Shown here one piece after another: positions 22,331 through 35,749 of a stretch of 64,000 nt of DNA (within the stretch, counting starts at the first letter, position 1; each line of letters begins with the position of its first letter). The stretch is from assembly GCA_964016885.1 (NCBI GenBank), contig CAXHJY010000257.1, positions 1 to 64,000 of the forward strand, written 5' to 3'. This DNA comes from Eledone cirrhosa (Eukaryota). The translations under genes were made by a program, and so were the position numbers. The notes under the pieces were generated by a model, which saw only the letters and a list, made by a program, of their open reading frames with translations, was not told the origin of the DNA and made no database searches.

Positions 22331-24956
22331 TATTGACGTGAAAGTGATGTTGAAAATCTTTTGTCTGATCTATTAAATGTATGTTTGTGATTATATCAGC
22401 GTTCCTTAAATTTTGTAGAAGTGGCCCCTATATAGTTAGATATTTTATCTCTAGTTTTTACTATGCATTTATATACTAAGTTTTTATCTAGACAATTATT
22501 CTGTAAAGGGCAATTTAATTCGTTTCTCCAGTTACATTTTCCAGTGTTGTCAATAGGAACGGTACGATTATTATTAGTATTAATATTATTATTAGTAATA
22601 TTAATAGTTATTTTAGTTTATTTTGGTTTGGGTTTAAATTTAAATTTCTATTATTAATTCTATTAATATTTTGTGCTATGTTCATAGTAGTATAGTAAGA
22701 TAGTTTTATAGTATGTCTGTTAAAAATAGAATGGTATCTATGGGATTTAGGAAAACATTTATCTAATGAAAAATAGGTTTGCTACTGAGAATGGGGGAGA
22801 GTACCAAATAATATTTCTAGTTCTGGTTCTTTTGTTTGATTTACTATTTATGTTAAATTGCTTATTATTATTATTATAGTAAATTTTTGGATGATTTTGC
22901 ATGTTATTGTTATCTAAGTATTTAATTTTATTCATGTAGCCAGCTCTGTGTAGAGCATCACTGTATTTATTTTTACCCCATAACCTTACGTTCTGCTTCA
23001 GTGTGTATATTTTTCCCGTTATTTTATTTTATTTCTTATCTTTATTTTATTATATTTCAGCCTCACTTTCAATTGTAATAGCCTTTGTTTTTAAATTCAT
23101 ATCTTACGTCCATATTAAATTTTCATTCTGATGAGCAATTTCACACATCTCTTGAACTCATCTGTCTTCGTTAAACCTTTGGTAAATGGAATAATTGTCT
23201 TATATATATATATTTATGTAATAAACAACATATGTCTTATTAAGATAGTTGAAAGACCAGGTATTTTCATAAAAACCATAAAAATGCTAACCAGGTTGTA
23301 GGGGCAATATATTTTCTATGATCCCCCAAATCATGCTTCTGTTCTTTGAAAATAACTGGGGAGCTCTATATGGTCATTTAAATTGCTAGAAACAGCAGCC
23401 AAAATCTGAAATCACACCCTACCAACTGTAAAATAAACAGGGAATATTAGATAATGTGGTCCTATATTTGCTGTTTAAAAGAAAGATGAGATAGTCATGA
23501 CAAGAATGTTTTTGAATATAGGTTTGCTCAATCAGTGTCTGACCAAGGGTTAAAGACAACAACTGAGTGACATTCTATAAAAAACATACTAATTCCCCAC
23601 TTTAGATACTGTATTAAATAAAACATTCCGTTATAATGAAGTCAATATTTCTTTTCTGTCTCAAAATGGGAAAACCAAGATGAAGAAAATGAAATCAAGG
23701 GAGTTGGTGGGAAGGATGTAGCAGATAGAACAAAATGGAGAAAGTTCCCTGGACCACCTCCCTAAACACTACTACCAGGGTGGAGTTGGCCACCCAAAGG
23801 AGTGAGCCCCACTAATGCGTCTCCTTTGCCATCATCTGGAGCAAAGTTTTCTCCATTCTATTTGCTGGCACCATGAGGCAGCACACACATGCTCTCCCAC
23901 ACACAATAGAACAATTCCCCCACACTGTTTGGGCCTGTACAATGGGTAGCGATGCTGAAACATAAAATTGGATACAACTATATTTTTATGAAGACATTAA
24001 GATGTTTGAAATAACTTAAACCACATTAAACTGTCAACTTAATAAATATTTAACGACTGAAATCTAATATCACCTGTCAGGTAATAATGATATTTCTGTT
24101 CAAGTTTTGAATCAAAGTAGTTTTGCATGTACACACACATACACACACTACTTATACACACACTACTTGTGCACACACACATATATATATACACATACTG
24201 CATTACACACATACTGCATGTGCACATACACACACCATCTGTCTTTTCTATAAACAGAGCCTCTATGCAGTCACTCGACCTGCTAGAAATAACACTAAAA
24301 ACTCCCTCAATTCCAACCTCTACCATCTTAAAGAGAAAGGACTTATTGGATGATATGGGCTCCAATGCACTATTTTTGCAAAATTACAATGATGGTCATA
24401 AGTGGACTGCCTTTCATCATAGGTTTGCTGTAATTAGATCTGACATGGGATTATACAACAACAATAATCCACACACACATCCCTCCCACCTACCAACCAT
24501 CCACACTAAAAAACTACATACAATCCTTACTCAGCCTACACACACGCACACATAACACATACCATATGCACTCACACATGTGCACCTCATGCACACACAC
24601 ACACATCTCATGCACACACAATCACACACCTCAGTTTTTCATTCATACACACAAATACTTCAAACATTTCATTTCTTTCTCTTCCACCCCAACACACACA
24701 TTATACACACCCTCATCTTTGACCCCCATGAATCACACCACCCACATTCAATTTGCCTGACTCACACACACTTTTCATATATATTTTTCTCCCGCACTTG
24801 TCACAATTATTTCCCTTATGATTTTGTAATAAAAAAATAAATAAAAAAAATAAATAAATAAAATAATAAAAAAAATAAAAAAAATAAAAAAAAAAATAAA
24901 AAAAAAAACTTTATTCCTGTTATTTATTTTTTCATTGTTTACTCTTCAATGCTGTT

Positions 24957-25141
24957 TGGATTGGCAGTATCGGTAGAGGGTCGGACACCATGCTTTGCAG
25001 CATAGAGTTATGGCCCTTTATGATTTGAGTTCAAATCTTGCCGAGGTTAACTTTGCCTTTCATCCTTACAGGGTCGATAAAATAAAGTACCAGTACCACT
25101 GGGATAATTGCTGGCTTTGTGCCAAAAGTAGAAAATTATTA
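24957..25141 (+). mobile_element. SINE family 1 copy
   Basis: Same head and core as 17452 and 21738. Confidence 0.85.
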
Positions 25142-25193
25142 TGGCTCACATCTGTAGGTTTTACCTGTTGTTTCTTTATCCCTAGGTATTGGG

Positions 25194-25430
25194 AAGGCTC
25201 ATGGCTTAGTGGTTAATCTGTTGTTAATCTGGACTAACAATTAAAAGGTCAATGATTCAATTCCCAGGTTGGATGACACATTGCGTCTTTTAGCAAGTTC
25301 ATGTTACTCGAGTTCACTCAACTAAAAATGAGTACCATCTGTAGCTGGGAGTTAACCCTGTGAGAAACTGGTATATTATTCATACTTTCAGCTGTTTTAT
25401 ACCTATCAGACTGAGATAAGGTCTTGGCTT
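25194..25430 (+). mobile_element. Degenerate tRNA-derived SINE (family 2)
   Basis: A-box TGGCTTAGTGG, B-box-like GATTCAATTCC, ACTCAACTAAAAATGAGTACC. Related to 26313-26594. Confidence 0.6.
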
Positions 25431-25844
25431 CATCCAACATATGTAACATGAAACCACATTAACAAGATATTCATGAAAAGTACAAAACAGCACTTTGACT
25501 ACATCACATTTTAACTAATATATTTCCACAACAATCGGTCCACTACTAAAGACACTAAACATTTGAATTAACAAACTAGTTTGTAGATATTTTCTACTAA
25601 ATCATTATAGGATGTTAAGAGTTAAAAATACTGCAAATTTTCACTACAATCTGTCTACTAATAAAGATATTATAAACATTTGAATTAACAAATCTATTTT
25701 TGAATATTTTCTGCTAAATCATAAGAGTGTCTTAAGTGTTTATGACCTGGACATGAATTCTAATGCTGTCTAGACTGGATTATTCATAAAGCTGATTAAG
25801 CTGAAGCCTGGGGGACCAGCTCAGGATGAGTTGGAGGGAAGGTC

Positions 25845-25957
25845 AGCACAAGCTGGGGGAGAGAACCCAGCACGGACTAGTGGGGAGCAGCACAGCACGA
25901 ACGGGGGGGGGGGGGGGGGCTACATGGACTACGGGGGTGGGGGGCAGCACAGACTAG
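25845..25957 (+). repeat. G-rich short tandem repeat (CAGCACGGACTAGTGGGG-like)
   Basis: Four to five imperfect units with G runs. Confidence 0.6.
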
Positions 25958-26312
25958 TTTAGTTCAGTAAAAGTTTCAAGACCTGAAATAGCTATATGTC
26001 TAGACGTGAGTTAATATGGCCCAGATGTTGATACAATACAACAACATGGATTACTCCAGGTATTTTTTTTTAAATGTATTGTTTCTCTTAAATTCCTAAC
26101 TACTGTAGCAAGAACCCCTGAAGTTATAAAGCAACAATTTAACAAGTCAAGCAGAACATCTCTGTAATAATTAAGTCAGTGAACCAACTAAAAAGTCAGT
26201 GAGTGTAATCACATAAAAGTTAAATATCCCAACACAACATGTCAGGAATGTTGAGTGTGGTCCCATATTTAGCAGACACACAAAGGGTTGCCAAACTTAT
26301 AGTCTAAAAATC

Positions 26313-26594
26313 TAAAGTTTGTCTCGAGCCCAGAGGCTCGTCAGTCTGGTGCTTATCCCAGTTTCTGTGGTGTGAAGCAACTGAAAATACAAAAAAAACC
26401 TCCTGGACAGGAAACCAATCCATCGCAGGGTTAAACCCCAGCTATTGCTGGTGTTCATTTTCAGCTGAGTATACTGGAGCAATGTGAAATGAAGTGTTTT
26501 GCTCAAGAACACAACACACAACCCAGTCCAGGAATTGAACCCACGGCATTATGATCATAAGTCCAAGACCCTTACCACTAGGCAACACACCTCA
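26313..26594 (-). mobile_element. tRNA-derived SINE (family 2)
   Basis: Minus strand: TGCCTAGTGGTAAGG...GGTTCAATTCC...CTTGAGCAAAACACTT...ACTCAGCTGAAAATGAACACC...CCTGCGATGGATTGG. Confidence 0.75.
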
Positions 26595-26629
26595 ACTTAT
26601 AGGCTTCACTTAAATACTCTCATGATGGA

Positions 26630-26890
26630 TGTGGCATGGCTAAATTGTTGAGAAGTTTGCTTTGTAATATCGTTAGGTCATGGGTTCAATCCCACTGCAG
26701 GGTATCTTCAGCGTGTTTCATTTTCGATATCCTTGGGTCGACCCATATCTTGTAAGGGAAATTGGGTACACAAACTTTTTTTTTGGAAGCCCATCAGATG
26801 GACCAAAACCTGTTATTCAAACAGCCAGCTTTATCACACACTGCATCATGATGAATCTCCCTGAAAACTACTTTAGGAATACACATACAC
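26630..26890 (+). mobile_element. tRNA-derived SINE (family 3), degenerate
   Basis: TGGCT..AGAAGTTTGCTT..GGGTTCAATCCCACTGC..GGAAGCCC. Related to 35195-35420. Confidence 0.55.
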
Positions 26891-27139
26891 GTTTGAAGGA
26901 TGCTCAGCGAAATACATGTTACTTTTATAGGAAGGGTGATTCGTTAATCCAATGGTATGCTAATAGGGAAGACTTTATAAGTCATCTTGCGACTTGCTAG
27001 AAAAAGCAGGCTAAACTCCTTCAAACCACACTTAAAAATCTTAAAATTGAAAGGACACATTCAGAATGGAATAGAATGGATCAACACACACACAACCACA
27101 CACAGACGAACACACCAACAGTCTGTCACAGGACTAACC

Positions 27140-27290
27140 CCTAACTCTCACTGGTATTCATCTCCAACTGAGTAAATTGAAACAATGTGAAATGAAGTGT
27201 CTTCCTCAAGGACAATGTATCACCTGGTCCAGGATTTGAAGCCACAACATTATGTGCCCACTGCCTTAACCACTAGACCACACGCCTTCA
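27140..27290 (-). mobile_element. SINE family 2 fragment
   Basis: Matches 26450-26590 (AATGTGAAATGAAGTGT..CAAG..CCACTAG). Confidence 0.65.
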
Positions 27291-27842
27291 CTAATTATAA
27301 AAATAATATCTGTAAAAGAAGGCATAAAGAAAAAAAGCAATTATATTATGGAAGAGCTATTTTGATCAATAACAAAAAACCACACATAAATTGTCATCTT
27401 CAGTTTTCGTATATTTTGTGGTGACAAAATTTTCATCACACCTCTGCAATCTGGTAACATAATTCCACAGCAAACTCAGACACCTCACAATAAATGACAT
27501 GTATGTGTGTGTATGTGTTTGAGCAAGAGTGTTTGGGTGCGCATTTGCATGCACGTGCCTGTTTGCACACATGTATGTGTGTGAGTGCGCGTGTTTTGCT
27601 AAAGTAGCCCTTCCATTATTATTCATAGAGCTGACTAGTTTTAGTGTAGAGGTGTGAAAGATTGAAATGGCAAAGAGAGCCTAAAATATCTGAAAACCCA
27701 AGTGCTCAACCCTCGATTAATATGGCCCTGCCTCAATGATGTAATTGCTTCAGTGTTTTAACACACAGTCTCATTTCAGATTAAGTCACTTGCCAAGCAA
27801 ATACAATTCCGAAAAATGATAAATAATTGGTTGAAAACTTAC

Positions 27843-28433
27843 TTTCAGAACATGCAATGTCTTCTGTTTGTGGACAGCCTTCATGTACGAGTCCCGTTAT
27901 GTTGTATGCAGCAGCTAGATCAATATTTGGACCAGACATCAAACAGCCAGTAAAATTAGATCCCACTAGGAGTGCTGAGCCATTTTCTAGTTTTACATTC
28001 CAAAGATCCTTGTTCAGAGTTTCATTAGCAATTAATTTTAAAAATAATAGTTGTGATCCTTTCTTTACCTTAACTGAAAGGTTGCCCAGCAGAAATTCGA
28101 ACATAACAAAATACCAAGCATTGTCATTTAAATTCTGGCCTACTGTCACATTCGAAAAAGAACTGTTTATTTGCCATTGAAGGTTCAAAACTCCATTGGT
28201 CAGTGTTAATGTTAAACTGTCCCCTGTGGCACCAACTTGATGAAGTAATTTACCATTAGAACAAGTCTGAAAAGAAAGTCCCGAATTTGACTTCAGTTGC
28301 CAAATGTGGGGCATATTGAGAAAGCCCGATGCATTTAAATAAACACTTTTTGGTAAATTGTCGGAGAAAGACAATGAAGATGAGAATGATGATGTCTTTA
28401 CTGGAAGGAGAAAAATTATAGCCAGTAGGAACC
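27843..28433 (-). CDS. crb: Internal coding exon (591 nt, phase 1-1) of a Crumbs-like gene: end of signal peptide plus N-terminal laminin-G-like domain
   Basis: Acceptor TTTGTTTATTTTCAG|G and donor AAA|GTAAGT; open frame. Motifs SGLSFQTCSNGKLLHQ, LNDNAWYFVMFEFLLGNLSV, IANETLN, LLVGSNFTGCLMSGP and EGCP parallel the Drosophila Crumbs N-terminal domain (recalled, not searched). Confidence 0.8.
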
Positions 28434-28619
28434 CTGAAAATAAACAAAACAATATTGAATACTCACATTAGCAATGGGAAATATGGTTAGTTGGTGGTTT
28501 CCAGAATACCCTATAAAGTAAATAACCAATAGCTTACGGCCACACACTCTTAGGGGCCTCATCTTTTAAAAATATACTTTTATTTTATCATTAGTTTTTT
28601 TAGTCTTTTAATATTAAAT

Positions 28620-28892
28620 CAAAAGGACAGCTGTATGACACCTGTGTGCAAAGCACAATACTGCATGGTAGTGAAACGGACTGGGACTACAAAGGAAATG
28701 CCAGTGGAGAAAAGCCGCAGTAAATGAACAAGAAAAACCAGGGCCGAGGTTGTGAGAGCGGACCTCAAATCGCTAAGATTAACATAGGTAGGGGATGACA
28801 AAGGAATGCAACAAATGGAGAGATGCCATGCTAAGAAGGACCCATCCCACCCATGCAATCATGGAAAAATGGATGTAATGATGATGATGACG
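28620..28892 (+). mobile_element. RTE LINE 3' fragment
   Basis: CTGCATGGTAGTGAAAC (LHGSET) with a (GAT)n tail. Confidence 0.6.
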
Positions 28893-28954
28893 ATATATAC
28901 TATTTACTCTTTATCATAAACATTAATACAAAAAAATCTTTTTCGCCCACTTAT

Positions 28955-29560
28955 TGCTAAGACTGTCGTGGGAGCAGAGTCTTCAAACACTCCTTCCAGT
29001 GGGTCCTGTCAGAAACACCTGTCTCCAACTGATACGGCTGGATCCCCAAGCGAGACCAGCTGAGCTCATGGATGTTATCCAACTATCTTGCTCGTGGTCT
29101 ACCCTCAGGTTGCCTGCTGGTTGGTTTCGCCCGTAAAATCTGTCCAGCGATTCTTTCCTGAGACATTTTAACCGCATGCTCATAGTATTGGAGCTGTGAT
29201 CTCTCAATTTGAAGAAGTAGTGTATCTACCTGGAGTGACTCTCTGATCTCCGAGCTATGTACTCTATCATGTAGCATTACTCCAAAACCCTTCAGAGGAA
29301 CCCCATTTTGGCTGCTTGTATTCATGATCGTATTCTTTTGGTCATTACCCAAGATTCAGGACCATAGGTAAAGGTTGGCACGAATACTGAATTGAAGATA
29401 GTGAGTTTGGTCTTTACACCTGCTTCTCTTCTGATTACCGAATGCTGAAGCTGGTGTATTACTGCATTTAATTTAGCCTCCTGCCTTCCATCACTCGTGA
29501 ACATGGCCCTGAGATATTTGAACTTCTCCACCTGCTTCAGTGGAACTCTGGGTAGTGATA
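28955..29560 (-). mobile_element. RTE LINE (second subfamily) C-terminal fragment
   Basis: LKQVEKFKYL..FTSDGR, FVPTFTYGPESWVMTKRIRS, IERSQLQY, PTGRS. Confidence 0.75.
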
Positions 29561-30600
29561 TGGCCACCAGATATGATTAGTTGCGATATAAGCAGGCTAC
29601 TACCAGAAGAATAAGCAATCCAGGACCAAGAGCAGTAAACTACTAGGGGAGATGGAGCAATGGGTGACACTAGTAGTTCCCCAAAAAACTCACAACCCAG
29701 TGATATAGCTATAAAAACTGCCTCTAAAAAAGCCTATCTTCGCATATTTGGCAAAGTTCCAGATTGGTGCGAATAAGACCACCAAAATTGCAACTGCATC
29801 ATTCTTCATGTGGGTTAACAAAGGATGCCTTCAGGTCTTAGGAAGAGGAGCCTGTTCAAAAAATACATTGCAGTCTCCATTTCGTACCGCAAAAACTGAC
29901 GATGGGCCTGCATCCTGGAAGGCGTGGGATCGATGCACAAAGATTGCATATCCCGAGACCCCAAAGAGAGTCCAAAACTATCCAAACCTTGACAACTGGT
30001 ACATCACAACCCTTTCACGTAAGGAGCGGGAACAAGTGGGGGAGGCTAGATGCTACCGGCTAGATATAGTCAGGGTTTCTTCAACAAAGTTCTGTGGCGT
30101 TGATACGGTAGATTTGGATGGATGATGAAAAATCCACTATTCAGGTGTGGCACCAGAAATGATTGCATCGGCAGGAGTGGGGATTCTCACAAGCCCCCCG
30201 GTTGTCATAATGCGTTAATGACTGGATCCCGTTAGGAGGAAGGATTTTCCTCCTGAAGCTTAGGCTGAAAGATAGGTCTCTGTGGGTGGTGCAAATTTAT
30301 GTACTAAACAAAGAGTCCAAACACAGGTTCTTCCTTGATGAAGTCACTGCAGCATCAGATGTAGTTGAAACTAAGTCACCAATCCTGATGGGAGACTTCA
30401 ATGCACATGTTGGCACTGACCACCTGATATGGAAAGGAGTAACCCCAATCTAAATACAAATGGAGAGGCCCTATTAGGCTTCTGTTCTAGCAATGGGCTT
30501 TCTATTATGAACACCACCTTCTAGCACAGAGACATCCATAAATATACATGGTATAAGGGGAATCAGGGACAGAGATCAATAATAGATTTTGTAATCACGC
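29560..30600 (+). mobile_element. RTE LINE (second subfamily) 5' and endonuclease fragment
   Basis: NWYITTL..RLDIVRVSSTK, MGDFNAHVG, YTWY...QRSIIDF motifs in broken frames. Confidence 0.7.
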
Positions 30601-30602
30601 AA

Positions 30603-32287
30603 TCCAAAATTTCAGAGCTGGGACCATGAATGTAGGCACTTTAAAAGGTCGCTCTAGCGAGGTTGTAGAGATGCTTGAATGTAAGGAAGTCGATGTTTGC
30701 TGTGTTCAAAAGACCAGGTGGAGGGGTGGGTCTGTTAGATTCATTGTGGGTAAAAAATGATGCTATAAACTTTTCTGGGTGAGAAATGACAATGGGCTGT
30801 GTGGAGTAGGAATTATGTTAGCAGAAAAATGGGTAGATAAGGTAATAGACGGAAATAGAGTGAACGACAGAATAATTAAAATAAGACTTGTCTTAAATAG
30901 AACTACTGTGACAATGATATCTGTGTATGCACTCCAATCTGGACTGCTTGGCGTTATAAAAGACAGATTCTATGAGTCGCTAATGCTCACTACCTCCCAA
31001 ATAACCGACAGTGACTACATAATTATTGCTGGCGAACTAAATGGTCACGTTGGACAACATTGTGACGGCTATGATGGAATCTATGGAGGCTATGGGTTTG
31101 GTACTAGAAATGAGGAAGGCTTCAGAATCCTGGAATTCTGTGACGCTAATAACCTAACCATCTGTAACACAAACTTCAAAAAACGAGGCAATCACTTGAT
31201 CAGGGGAACACGCCAGTCAGATAGATTATATCCTTACCAGAGGATGTGACAGTCTCTATTGTAAACACTAAATCCCTCCTCCGTGAAGAATGCGCCTCCC
31301 AACATAGCCTCATAGTTAGCGACTTCATAGTCAGGACGAGACGTACTCGATAACAGAGCAGGACTACCCTAAGAGAAGAATATGGAAGTTAAAGGACCCC
31401 ACAGCCAGTAACAAATTTAAAAGCATATTACTTGATGCTTTTGACAGTAAGGAAGAGCAATTAGAGACGTACAATATAGAGGAACAGTGGAAATTCCTGA
31501 AAGTTAACCTGCTGAAGGCAACAGATGAAATCTGTGGCTGGAGCAGACCTATAGGCAGGAGGAGAGTAACGTGGTGGTGGAACAGTAAGGTGGAGGAGTC
31601 AATCAAGGCCAAAAAGCAGGCTTGGAAAGTATGGCGGAATCGGGGAAGTAGAGAAGACTATCAAGTGGCCAGGAGGGAAGCTAGGAGACAAGTGTACTCT
31701 GCAAGAAGGGAAGTAGAGGAAAGAAAGTTCAAGCATGTTCTACAATGCAAGGACCAAAAACTTGAGGTGTTCAGGATTGTAAGACAATGTGTCAAGGAAA
31801 ACTGTGATATTGTCGGGGAGAAGTGTGTCCGTAATGATGATGGTGTACTTGCCATCACTGATGATGATAAGAAGGTAGCTTGGAAGTGTCACTACAAGAG
31901 GCTACTAAATGAGGAGAATAAATGGGAAAAAGATAGTCTGCCCCAAATCGATCCAATAGAAGGACCAGCAGTGCAAGTTGAAGGTAAGTGCAAGTGTAAG
32001 TAAGGCAATCAAAGATATGAAGACAGGCAAAGGCAGCTAGCTGGGCCTTCGGAGATAATTGCTGAAAGCATCTGGAATGGTGGGACACACTATGGTCACC
32101 TGGATAGTAAAGCAAGTAATACAGAATACCAAATGACTGGCATAGCAGCATCATCATCATTAACTGCTACAAGGGTAGAGGAGATGCCCTAGATAGGGGA
32201 AACTATAGAGGCATTAAATTGATTGACCAGGTCATGAAGGTCACAGAAAGAGTTATAGTGCAACTAATCAGAAAGCGAATTGATCTA
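30603..32287 (+). mobile_element. RTE LINE (PHD-bearing family), 5' half, interrupted by hAT insertion
   Basis: GTMNVGTL, GELNGHVG, WWWNSKVEESIK, NYRGIKL. Continues at 38316. Confidence 0.9.
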
Positions 32288-32559
32288 AGGTTATCAACGG
32301 GGGGGGGGGGGGGGATATAGTGTGCAAAATATAGTGTGCAATTTAACAGTTTATAAAATATAGTATTCTTCTTCAAATTGTTTAATGGATCAACTTTATT
32401 GCTTGTTCATCACTTATTTGTCAGTTTAATCTGTTCATAAAATTCATAAAATACATAAATAGAATAAATTAAAATTTGCGAGGTATATTTATTAATATAT
32501 TTTAATATTTATAATTATATTATATTAATATTATAAATTTCAGATGTATAAAAATCCAG

Positions 32560-34288
32560 TTGCTAAAGAGGAAAGTAAAAAGATTTGGGCACAAAATATG
32601 TCATTTTGAGAAAAGAAAGAAATCTAGGAAAACGAAAATTCAAAGTTCATTAATCGAATTATGCAAGCTACCTACTGAGCAACAGATCATTGATAGAAAT
32701 ATCACTCTTGCTGCTAAAGAGAAAAATACCAAAAAAAGAATTAAGATAATTACTAGAGAATGTGAAAGTTTATGGGAAAGTTCAGCTTTCCAACTATCAA
32801 CAAACTTTCAATACCTCGAAAAATTGAAAAAATAATTAAAAAAAGGAAAAAGAAGTGAAAAAACCTGGCTCTGCGAATTTCAATAATCTGTTTGACATTA
32901 CAAAAAGATATGGGATACGGTTAGCAGCCGAAGATTTGTCATTTTATGAAAAGCAAGTTGAGAGTTGTGGAAAGGTTGGGTATACTACAATGAAAATAGA
33001 CAGTGAAAAGAAAATCCATCCTTCTAAGAGAATTAAAAACAAAAAACAAGAACTAGATCATGATAAGCCATCCTGCTCATACATTCATCTGGACTCAAAT
33101 GAAAGTTAGTGACACCGATACAAATACCAGCGATTACAAACCTTCACCTTCACCAGAAAAATAAACGAAAAAGAGAAAACACAGCTCATGCTGTTAACCT
33201 AGTAAGAAATACTAAATTACCTAGTAGAAAAGCAGCAGCAGTTTGCAACGAATTTAAAAGTGGTGGTATTTAGGTGAGCACCCCGAGTCAGTCGGCAGTG
33301 CACAAAGCAGTTATCAGAGAAGGTGAGAAACTCATGAAAAAGTGGAAAAATGAACTCAAAAGGGAAAAATGGAGCCTTCATTTTGATGGAAAATGAATGA
33401 GAGACGTAGAATATCAGGTTGTAGTGATAAAAAATGAAGAGAAAGAAATACGCCTGAGGCCGATGGCATTAACCGATGGAAAGGCTCTTACTATATTTAA
33501 TGGATTGAAAGAAGTTATTGACAAATATGAACTGTGGGAATATATTGTGATGATAGTCTCCAACACAACTAGTGTCCATACCGGCAGGAGTTGTTGCCAT
33601 GCTCAACAGTGAGTTCGCTCGTCGCAGTTACAGCAAGCCATTATATGTTGGATGCCAGCACCACATTTTAGACAGTGCATTGAAAGTTTATTTTGATCAA
33701 CTATATAGTAGCAAAACAACTTTGCCATATATCAATTATTACTTTGTTGAGGCCATTTTAAAGAACTATGACGAACTGAAGCAGAACTTTTCAAATGGAA
33801 CGGCGGAAATTAATGAAACCCTGCCACGCTGGAGAAGTGACATGGATTGCCTTCAGCATCTCATGATAACCGTGCAACATTTCTTTGAAAACGGTGCGTT
33901 TCCTAAATTAAATTTTAAGAAATTACCTAATTTGCACAATACTCGTTGGAATAGCCGAGCAATTTATTTGTTGCTTAGGTTTATTTTGATGCCTGATGAA
34001 CGAGCGAAGCTGCGCGCTGGTGCCGAATACATCTGCGGAATGTGGGGAAAAAAATGTGGTTCGCAAGTCAACTGTATAGAGCTGACAGCAAGCAGAAACT
34101 CATTGGACCAACTAATTAAGGCCAAGTGTGAAAAGGCTGCAAACACCATCAGAAAATGTTGGTCTAATGAAGAATCTCCAATTGTGATGCAACGCTCGAA
34201 CATTTGCGCTGAGCGAACTGTAAAAGTTGTGCAGAACATTTTGCCATTTTGTAAAAGTAGTAGAACCTTAGAGTTTAATTTTGTTTAA
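32560..34288 (+). pseudogene. Degenerate hAT-superfamily (hATm-like) transposase
   Basis: WSLHFDGK, MIVSNTTSVHTG, GCQHHILD, RWNSRA, NICAERTVK across frameshifts and stops. Confidence 0.7.
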
Positions 34289-34577
34289 CTAATAATTAAA
34301 ATTAATTTTTTATTGTCATAATTTATTGTTTTAAGTATTTATTTTATGGGACTGGCTAATTACCAAAAAATTAAAAATATAATTTAGAATGTGCAAGAAT
34401 TTTTTTTCAAAATTTACAAAAACACTACTGTAATTCTTTCTTTATGACAAAAACCTCATTAGAAAATAGCATGCTCATATGGGGTTGTAAAAAAGTCATA
34501 TGCCTAATATGTATGTAGATTTATATATATATATATATAAATCTACATACATACATGCATATATATATATATATATC

Positions 34578-34652
<75 letters not shown>

Positions 34653-34904
34653 TTTATTTACTTTATTCTTAACTCTGTAGCCGAGAATCTTTCGGTTTCC
34701 TAAATAGAATATTAGCCTACGACTTCATTTATACCATAAACGTGGTTTTGTCTTTGCGTGTAATTGTTTTCACCGCTCCAAATAATGACGTATTATCTTT
34801 GTTTTTTTCCGTTCTTCGCCAGGGAACGTTTCCACGAACCAAAGTATCGTCTTCCTGTCTTCCTCCGGTTGCAACGTTTTTTGAAATATTCACTTCTGCG
34901 TTCA

Positions 34905-34970
34905 CAGATTGATTTTTTTAGTTTCAGAAGATCCCATTAAGGGTGAAAGCAGCGATTAAACTTTAATCTG
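34905..34970 (+). ncRNA. Hammerhead-like motif with variant core CAGAAGA
   Basis: CAGATTGA..AGTTT-CAGAAGA-T CCC ATTAA GGG T-GAAA-GCAGCGA-TT^AAACT-TTAATCTG. Second copy inverted at 42039-42114. Confidence 0.5.
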
Positions 34971-35194
34971 TTATTTTAATAATTATATATATATAAATCT
35001 ACATACATACATACATTTACCTATGTATATAGCTATGCCTTTATACATTTGTATGTAAACATGCATTTATATTTAAGTGTGTAAGGTTATATATATATAT
35101 ATATATATGTGCGTAATATATATATTATACACACACACGTGCGTGCGTGCGTGCGTGTATAATATATATATATTTATATATATACATACGCACA

Positions 35195-35420
35195 GTGTGA
35201 CAAGAAGCTTGTTTCCCAACCACATATTTCCGGGTTCAGTCCAACTGCCGGGGCCGACCAAAGCCCTGTCGGTGGATTTCATAGACCGAAACTAAAAGAA
35301 GTCCATCGTATATATGTCTGTGTGTGCGTGTCTTTGCATTTGTGTTTGTTTGCTCTCCCATCAATGCTTGTTGGTTTGTTGACGTCCCCATAACTTACCA
35401 AGGTGATGCTCCAGCATGGG
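35195..35420 (+). mobile_element. tRNA-derived SINE (family 3) with TG repeat
   Basis: AGAAGCTTG..CCAACCACAT..GGGTTCAGTCC..CCGACCAAAGCC..GAAACTAAAAGAAGTCCATCGTATAT. Confidence 0.65.
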
Positions 35421-35460
35421 CGTAGTCCAGAGACATAAAAAAAGGTGTGTGTGTGTGTCT

Positions 35461-35502
<42 letters not shown>

Positions 35503-35749
35503 CGTTATTTGGCGTTTTTATTTGGCGTTGTTGAAAAGAGCAGTGGCCTTTGACCTGGCAATAAAAACTGTAGGCAAAATTCTTTCTGTACCCAAACCAA
35601 GGCACACACACAAGTTTGTCTGCGTGTATGTATATGCGCGTCTGTCTGTGTGTGTATGTGTATGCACGTATGTGTGTGTGCATGCTTGCGTGTGCGTCTA
35701 TGTGTGTTTGTGTGTGTCTGTGTATCTATCTATGTATATATATATAAGG

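Noticed and set aside
23128-23175. Additional hammerheads at other CTGATGA/CTGAAGA words (also 9130, 15056, 17230, 19198)
   Set aside because: No properly placed GAAA or stem I/II pairing.
23718-23868. Hairpin RNA precursor from the inverted match GCAGATAGA..TGGAGAAA / TTTCTCCATTCTATTTGC
   Set aside because: Short and imperfect; better explained as two opposed, decayed LINE 3' remnants.
17452-26594. tRNA genes at A-box/B-box motifs
   Set aside because: No complete cloverleaf; each motif continues into a repeated SINE body.
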